From assembly GCA_040954595.2 (NCBI GenBank), contig CM082586.2, forward strand, positions 8,091,337 to 8,155,336: a stretch of DNA of 64,000 nucleotides, given 5' to 3'. The position numbers and the translations under genes are program-made. Under the pieces are notes generated by a model. The model worked only from the letters and a program-made list of their open reading frames with translations. It searched no databases and was not told where the DNA came from. Positions 56,501 through 64,000 of the stretch are shown piece by piece. The first letter of the stretch is position 1; every line of letters begins with the position of its first letter. The DNA is from Balanoglossus misakiensis. Its lineage: Eukaryota; Animalia; Hemichordata.

Positions 56501-59500
56501 CACTAATCCACATGCATCAAAAACCAAACGTCTAGCCCTATAGGTTAGCCAGGAAATAGATATGCAGAAATAATAACGTGTGAAAAGTAGGTCAAAGGTC
56601 ATGTGAAAAATCGCCAAAAATTTGTAACATATTTTAGTCATATGACGATTGATATCCATGAAAAAAATTTGTATGCTATCAATTTTTAGACTAGGAAAAG
56701 GAATTTCAAGTTTTCACTGCTTTTTACAAAATCCAATATGGCCGCCATAATCTTCGACCAATCACAATGCTCTTTGCAAACTGGATAGACATCAGTGTAG
56801 TGACTATACTCCCCGAATCTTGCGACTCAGTTATTGCCCGTTCTGGAGAAGAAGATTTTTGCAGTTTTACTATGGTTTTTCGAAAATCCAATATGGCCGC
56901 CATAATCTTCGACCAATCACAATGCTTCTTCTCAAACTTGATAGACATCAGTTAGGTGACCACATACCCCAAATCCCGCGACTCGGTTATCGCCGGTTCT
57001 TGAGAAGAAGATTTTTGAAGTTTTAGTTGGATTTTTCGAAAATCCAATATGGCGGCCAAAGTCACGTGACCGCTCGAGATTTTATTATCAAACTTTGTTG
57101 GGCAGAGGCCATGTGTACTATGTACCAAATTTGAACTTGATTTGCCTTGTAGTTTTTGAGAAGAAGTCATTTACATTTTTTGAGAAAATCCAATATGGCC
57201 GCCAGGGCACGTGACTAATTAAATATTCACGAGCCACTGCACATCTACTCATTGACCTTGACCACTGTAGTAAGTTTGAGCAGTGTACCTGCAGTAGTTT
57301 CAGAGATTTAGTTGGCCGAAGAATTGACAGGAGAATAAAGAAAGAAAAATTCCAACGAAACCAATAGGGCCCAAGCGCTTGCGCGCGCTTGGGCCCTAAA
57401 AATTCCAACAATACCAATGGGGGCACAAGCCGCCTGAGGGCGCTTGTGCCCCCAAAAAATCGCCCGAACACGAGTGGAAATTTGTTTAGCAAAATTCCTC
57501 GAATGACTTTTTGCACAATAAAATTCTCTCTTGTGCGGCAGCCTTTATACGCCGTATGCACTTGTCACCCTGCAATTCTCCACATTCTTCCTCAATGAAC
57601 ATCGCTATAGCGTCTGTGAATCACTAAGTAATATCATTCATTTTTGAAAAACCTTAGCCCTGTTTAAATATGAATTTAGATGTTTTAGTAGCTTTGATGA
57701 TTTCTTAATTAATACCTTTATCAAACTACATGAACAATAATATCACAATCGTAGTTGAGCTCTAGAGAGGCTAAGAAAATTCGCCAATTTAAAAACGTGA
57801 ATGTTTTTCTGTTTGCATTACTTTCGATAGAAAAGGCCGCAAATACATTATAAATTGAGAACAACACACAAACCGCTGATGGTGTTTTGTTCTAGACAAA
57901 ATATGTGAAAAAATTGTTTGCACTATTTAAATTTCCAGGACGAAGTCTCCAAAATAAAGGACAAAAAAGAAGACGTAGAAGAAGGTCAGTGTGAAGGTTG
58001 CAAAGAAACTGAATCGCTACACAGATGCAAAGAATGCAGTGCGAAGTTTTGTTCTTCCTGTATAGTTGTCCATGAAGACACAGAAGCGGTCAAAGGTCAG
58101 AGTGACGTCACACTCGACAAATACTTAGAAGAAATATCAAGTCAGAATTCCCAGCAAAGTCAAGTATACTGCAGCTTTCACACACAGAATGAAGTACATC
58201 TGTTTTGTGATAGATGTCAAGTATGCATCTGTCCTGAATGTATTGCCAAACATCCAATTCCTGACCATGTCCACAGAGAGATACACGAAGCAGCTGATGA
58301 TTACAGACAACAACTGAGCGAGATGGTGACGAAGTTGAGAAGAAATGAACAGGCCGTCAAGTCACGTGACACTGGGGGCGAGACCATCAAAGATGACCTG
58401 GAAGTGCATCGTCAAGAAGAAGAGAAGAAAGTGAGAAATAAAGCAAAAAAGAGAATAAAAATGTTGAAGAGGGAAGAGTTCAGACTGGTTGAAGAGATGA
58501 ATCTTGGATACAAGATGATCAGACAAACCATTGAAAGTGAAGTCGATGATTGGGAAGAAATACATGGAAATATTTCCAAGGCATGCGATTATCTTGACGC
58601 ACTGGTGCATGATGGGAGTTCTGCTCAACTCATGTCATCCAAGAAACCGACGCTGCTTCGCATTCAAGAATTCGCTCATAAAGTGAATCAATTCATAAAA
58701 TGTGAGTTGATCAAATTAAACCCTTCTGCAGACCCTCCAGAGTATGGAATGCTGGGATTACTGACATTAGATATCAGTGCATCACAGTGTAGAGTAGAGG
58801 GCATTCCCAAAAGACTCGTCAGGGGCGAGTCTGCTGACGTCATTGTCAGAATCAAAGACAGAAGAGGGAAACCAGTCATACCATACAAAGCAATCACAGC
58901 AAAGATCTGCAAAGAAGATGGGTTACAAAAAGACGTTGGAGTGGTTGACAACAGAGACGGTACACGCAGTTTGAGAATTCATGCTGATGTGGGTGGTAGA
59001 CATGAAATCAACATAACACTTGGTGATCAGCCGATACCAGGATCACCATTTGTAATTTCTGTCAAGGGTATGGTGAAGATAATAGGCAAAGGTCAGCTTG
59101 ACAGTCCAGCAGGGATAACTACTAATAAACACGGCGACTTTGTTACAGCTGACCGGGGTAACAATAGGGTACACATAGCCGACAGAGATGGGAAGTACAA
59201 AAAAGGTTTAACGTTCACACAGTTTGAAAAGCCATTTAGCCCGCGCAATGTGGCAATATCAGCTGATGATGAATACTTCATGACAGATAAGGGCAACAAC
59301 CAAGTAGTTGTAAGCGATGAGGATGGAGAAGTACTCAGGCCCTTTGGACAACCTGAAGTGAAATATCCCTATGGAATTGGTATCAGTCCTCTGGATGGCA
59401 GTGTTTATGTCACAGACTGGGATGGAGAGGGTGATGACACAGACAAGGAAGGTAGTCACTGTGTTAGGAAATACACACAGCAAGGTCAGCACATCAAATC

Positions 59501-59900
59501 TTTTGGAAAGCGTGGCACTGAAGAGGGAGAATTTGATGGACCTGTATATGTGGATATCAACAGTCAAGGAGAAGCATTTGTATCAGATCTTAGCAATAGC
59601 CGAGTTCAGGTGTTCAGTGCAGACTGTGAGTTTTTATACTCATTTCACAACATCAGCACAGAAGACAGCCTGAAATGGCCCGAGGGAATAGTGACAGATA
59701 AAGATGGAAATGTGTATGTCTGTGAGAGAGGAAACAAACGCGTGGTGAAGTTAGACAGCAGAGGGAGATTCATATCTCGCATTGACAGTGATGAGGATGG
59801 ACTTGAGTTGCCAGTTGGTATCACACTGACCAATGATGTGCCATGCAGAGTGGCTGTAGTTGACTTTGAAAATGACTGCATTAAAGTGTTTGCCCAATAA
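50535..59900 (+). CDS. DED + TRADD-N-like + B-box/B-box/coiled-coil/filamin/NHL (RING-less TRIM2/3-like) protein, ~1037 aa; join(50535..50832,52114..52179,53092..53532,54082..54428,57939..59900)
   Basis: Exon 1 is a death effector domain (LRALFLRLDNELGEKDVKKLKFLL..ALELFMQLEERGHVSNTDVELLVNLMRRLKLARL). Exon 5 has CEGC..CKEC..CSSC..H, CSFH..CDRC..CPEC..H..H, a coiled coil, a filamin repeat (VVDNRDGT..IPGSPF) and NHL repeats (LDSPAGI, YPYGIGI, FDGPVYV, KWPEGIV, LPVGITL). Splice sites are GT-AG with phases 1,1,1,0 giving 3114 nt in frame. Joining exons 1-4 to exon 5 is inferred from phase compatibility and the lack of an ATG start for exon 5. Confidence 0.78.
52330..52566 (+). mobile_element. 3' part of an L2-tailed SINE
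   Basis: GGGTACCTGGC..GCTCCCCAG..TTGTAAAGCGCCATGAGCAC..GTGCGCTATATAAGAAC..TATTA is the typical L2/SINE2 tail pattern. Confidence 0.5.
54718..57453 (-). mobile_element. Helentron/HINE-like element, family A copy 2 (contains nested B4)
   Basis: Same termini as copy 1 (GCTGCAAGCAGC..GGGGCACAAGC; GGGGGCACAAGCCGCCTGAGGGCGCTTGTGCCCCC). Confidence 0.75.
55929..57399 (-). mobile_element. Helentron/HINE-like element, family B subfamily variant (B4)
   Basis: Starts TTAAAGCTGCAAGCAGCATTGTCGGGCCCAAGC and ends GGGCCCAAGCGCTTGCGCGCGCTTGGGCCC. ~156-bp internal units at 56728, 56884 and 57040. Confidence 0.75.
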
Positions 59901-60918
59901 ACACAGCAGCACACGTTGTGTATCTTGGATGTGACAAAGAAAACAAAGAAACGGTGGGAATTTCACCAATACACAAAGAACAATAGTGTCACTGAGGATG
60001 AAGGGAAACATGAATAGAATTGGTGTACTATAGTGAATACTAGTATGTTCCACAATAACTTACAACATAAACTAGTGTATAATACTAATATTTTATATGT
60101 TTGATATGGTGGCTAGTCAGACTATGCTGCTAAATGAATATAAACTCACAATTATTCTTGGAATTAATTAAAAAGGATATTAAATCCACAGAGATGTAAA
60201 TTTAAAGTGTTCACAATGTGCTGTGTGCAATTGCACAATCCCTCAAAAGAAAGCTCTGATACCGTGTAAAGACAATAACACAAATGTCAGATCTGAGGGT
60301 AAGCAATTTGCTACAGAAACTCTGACAGATTCCCAAAAGATGACAAACTCAGTAAATAGTGAGCATCACATTTGGTAACTAACCAGACCACAGAAAGTAG
60401 TGCAACGACCTGGAAGAATATTTGCATAATGACAAATGAAAGCTTTTAGCAGAAGATTTTGCCGTGTAATAATTATTTGTTTTACTGAGAAAAGGAGGGA
60501 CTCCTTGAATTGTGGATTTTTTTAAATATATTTTATTATTTTGGACGTAAGTACATACACTGCGCTAAAATCGAGCGCACAATAAGACAGTTATTTTGTA
60601 GAGATTTCGGTTTACTAGACTTTCACATCATTTTCATTTGTATCACAAATGACTTGTTTTTAAAAATTGAAAACATTGTTAATGTATTGGTTTTAATCTG
60701 CAAATTGGGTTTTCATAAATACCGGTTGAGTGAAACGAGAGTGCCTTTAACTGTACTGTTGAAATATGAGTTTACGTTAAGGTACAAAGTATACAAGGAT
60801 ATATTTTATTTCCCAGAAAGATGAAGAATTTCAGAACTACTTGTATCTATAATGTCTTTCTTCAGTTTTGTTATCTTCTTTGGTTTTGTTTTAATAAGCC
60901 GATGTATTGTAAGATTTT

Positions 60919-60924
60919 AATAAA
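60919..60924 (+). terminator. Candidate polyadenylation signal of the DED-TRIM-NHL gene
   Basis: AATAAA ~1 kb after the stop; another AATAAA overlaps the stop codon (59896..59901). Confidence 0.35.
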
Positions 60925-63526
60925 AGAAAAAAAACAGATCACATTTGATGTCCTTTTTCATTACAAAACTGATACTCAGGAGTTACTATATTAATGAAAA
61001 AAATGGATAAAATTATACAATTATATGATTTATGATTTGTGTTGATAACATGATGCTAAAATTGAAATACATTTCTAATACTGGTAATAAATCGTCACAC
61101 CCCACTTGCTCCACCTGTATTCGAAAAATTTACAGCTGTGAATGAAAATAAAATATTGCCTGATATGTAGGGATGACGAATATCAAAAGCAAAGTTGACG
61201 GAAAGAAGATAAGACCTGAGACGCTGAGACCAAATAGAAAGGGAACCAAAACTGACATTTAAAGATGTCATTATATTGACCAGTTTCCTGCAGGACGACG
61301 CATTGTGTCCATGTCTGACCTAAGGTCAAGTTTCAATAGTATTTAAGACTTTGCGTGATAATGAGACACGTTTATTAGCACAGAGGGAGCTAAATGTGTT
61401 CAACCCTGAGAGAAAATTTAGCCAAATATCCCGTAAGAACTGTTAAAATGTTAAAACTCCGTTAAAACTAAAGAACGAAGTTACTACACGCCACAGATCA
61501 ACTAATTTAAAAAGGAGGTGGTTTTTGACGAAACCAAGGAATCCTCACACATGTCGTTCCCCCTCCTTCAGAATATGGCTGCTTCAAAGAAGGTTGCTAA
61601 TAAATCTGGGTATATTTAACTGCCAAAGTTTTAAAGTCATATCTACAAACTTTTATTGAAGTCTGTGTATCAGACGGCCCATATTTCTTCAAGTCATATC
61701 CACACATTTTTATTGAAGTCTTTGTATCAGACGGCCCATATTTCTTGTCAACAAGCCATAAAATGTGGGTTGACATTTCAATGAGGTCATATAAAGATTA
61801 CTGTATAGCACGGGCATAGAGAATATATGTACAAGGTAATTAAACCACCAGCCGCGATCTACATTGTTTTCCTTATTCCTTTATGTAAGTCTCTGATTCT
61901 AAATGAACATCGGACGAAATTTGCCAGATTTAATAATAATATGTACCAATAGAAACAATTCTGTGCGCTTATTAAGTCTTGGCAGGTCGCCAGTTTCGGC
62001 TAAAGAAGTCGGTTAATGATTGGCCTTCTCCTTAATCTCTATGGTAATCAATAAATGTTAGCAGACACAAGTGTGCGTTGCTTTATGTCTTTATCAGACA
62101 TGTCCTTAACACAAACAAACATGCATAGCTGAACTGCCAGTCTGCAGTTTGACTACAGTGGAACATGTTTTAGTAGAATATGTTGAACGGGTTCACAATC
62201 TGAAGGGGGTTGTGGCGCAGAATTCATAGTTCCACTCTACGGTAATAAGCCACGCCCCCCCTTAGTTACTGTTGCTACGCCCCACAAGCTCAACGCTTGT
62301 GGGACATTGACCTCCATAGCTCCACAACGTGGTTGGGGAAACTAGATTCGTTCAGCGATAGTCTGCGCAACGTTCCTGGCGATATTTCTGTATGCTACCT
62401 ACCAGAGTTAAAAAACCTATCCAAGAAGTCACAGGAAAAGGGTTTAATGAGGTATAATTCCCCCGTATTTCGAACGAGAGTGCCTGCATCGCGGACGATA
62501 GCGGCCGTATCCCCCCGGACCGCAGGCTATACTGGGAATGTCGAGTTCGCGACGCAGACACACGAGTGAGGAATACGGGGGAATTATATGTTTATCACAT
62601 ACATAGACCTAGTTTCCATGAAATTGAGCTTCTTTGTGAATTTAAAACATTTCAGCAATAAAATAGCACTATTTTAAAACGATCGAAAGATCATGTTATG
62701 CGGTCGGGGTCACACGCATTAAACCGCGATCGATCAGCTGTAGCAGTGGCTATAGTACTAGTAATAACGGACCTCGAAGGTTAAGTTTATCGTGCTATTT
62801 CTGAGTGAAATCAGACGAAATACGAGACACAAGAGGTATCACTTCAACTGAAGATATTTTTGGTAGGTAAATATGGATGAAAGCACTGATAACACGGCGA
62901 ATTCAGAAAACTACGTGAACGTTACTTGGATTGACAGCGCGCGGCCCCATTGTTTACAACGCCGGACATTTTATAACGGGTCGAACAACATTGACTTTTC
63001 GAATGAAAATTGCAAGCAGCATATGAATTTCAAAATTTTCAAACACTTTAGCAATAAAATCATTGTTGAATATTTATATTGAAGACGTGTCAGTTTAAAA
63101 TCTAAACGCAAACTTTTAATATCCACCACCTGAGACACCTCTCTCGCTGTGCGTTTTTGGCTTCGGAAACGGAACAAAAAATATACTCGATGTTGGGTCA
63201 AGGTACCTTTCATCCGATTTACACGTCCCCCAGGCGCATCTCTTCACTATTCTGGCCGATATTTTAAAACCATTAAGTTCCTAAAACTGAAAAAAAACTT
63301 CCAGTCTGTCTATCTCTACCTGAGCGTGTACTGTAGGCTGGGCCACGTTGTTGATTATATGTGGGACAAAATGGCGGTTGTGTGAACAGCATGACTTTTC
63401 TCGGCTCTGATTGGCTGAGGGTTCAGTGTGATTGACAGCTGTGGAACCATGGATTGGCTGACAATGAGGTAACACAGTATAGTCATAGCATGGGGTGAGA
63501 TCCCAGCCAAAATACATATTTTTATT

Positions 63527-63678
63527 AATTTAGCTACATGTACAGTTACCATGGTAAATTGCGATCAAGCCAATCACAGATTTCAGTGGGTGGCACTATA
63601 TGTTCTTTAGAACACTCAGAAACGCTATTTTTGCCATTTATGGACATATGTAAATTGGAGGTGGTCGTGTACCTTTAA
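63527..63678. mobile_element. Partial copy of the TTAA MITE at 28146..28330
   Basis: Shares CCATGGTAA, CAATCACAGAT..CAGTGGGTGGCAC and TATGTAAATTGGAGGTG..TACCTTTAA. Confidence 0.6.
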
Positions 63679-64000
63679 CTGAGGCTTCGGTCAAAATCGC
63701 ATGTTCGAACGACAAAAGCGAGCTCGAGACACGGGTGAACCAATACAAGTTGTCTGCCACCAGGCATGAGTTGTCATCATTCCTCTGGGCCTGGTGTTTT
63801 CACAAGTGTAGAACACACAACATAGACACAGGTTGGGCCGTAACTTGTCAACCGAATTATTTTTAAAACGCCCATTGAGTTGACTGTTGGGACAGATACT
63901 GACAATGAGGCAATTACGCATGAATTATTGCCTGATTATAGATGTGACGAATTTCAAAAGCCAAGTTGTACTATACTAAACAGTGACAGGCATTGTGTAA

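Larger units (their letters stand above)
54556..57545. mobile_element. Harbinger-like MITE split by the A2/B4 Helentron insertion
   Basis: Inverted arms GCTGCCACACA..GAGAGAA..GTGCAAAA.GTCATTCGAGGAATTTTGCT (54558..54612) and AGCAAAATTCCTCGAATGAC.TTTTGCAC..TTCTCTC.TGTGCGGCAGC (57488..57542). Confidence 0.55.

Noticed and set aside
57918-57938. ORF-track start MHYLNFQ for the TRIM-NHL protein
   Set aside because: The start is TTG inside the acceptor region; the exon begins at 57939 after TTTCCAG.
61634-61746. 57-bp tandem duplication
   Set aside because: Ordinary local duplication in intergenic DNA.

Overview
Eukaryotic, intron-rich, AT-rich animal DNA. Gene content and repeat types suggest an invertebrate deuterostome (hemichordate/echinoderm-like); the species is inferred, not shown. 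Four spliced genes were assembled by hand from GT-AG sites with consistent phases. (1) T-brain/Eomes (Tbr1-subfamily) T-box gene, + strand, 6 exons, ~652 aa. (2) BAG3/starvin-type co-chaperone (WW, 2 IPV motifs, BAG), - strand, 2 exons, ~398 aa. (3) Secreted proteinase-K-family subtilase (signal peptide, I9 prodomain, S8 with intact D/H/S triad) fused to three tandem C-type lectin domains, - strand, 14-15 exons, ~774 aa. (4) RING-less TRIM-NHL protein whose N-terminus is a death-effector domain plus a TRADD-N-like domain, + strand, 5 exons, ~1037 aa. Genes 3 and 4 are unusual modular, probably immune-type architectures lying head-to-head. Non-coding DNA is dominated by non-autonomous Helentron/HINE-like elements that are nested and tandem (element B inserted at the same site of element A in two separate loci). 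It also holds several MITE/foldback elements, decayed tyrosine-recombinase (Crypton-like) fragments and long microsatellites. No rRNA, tRNA or CRISPR array was recognised.
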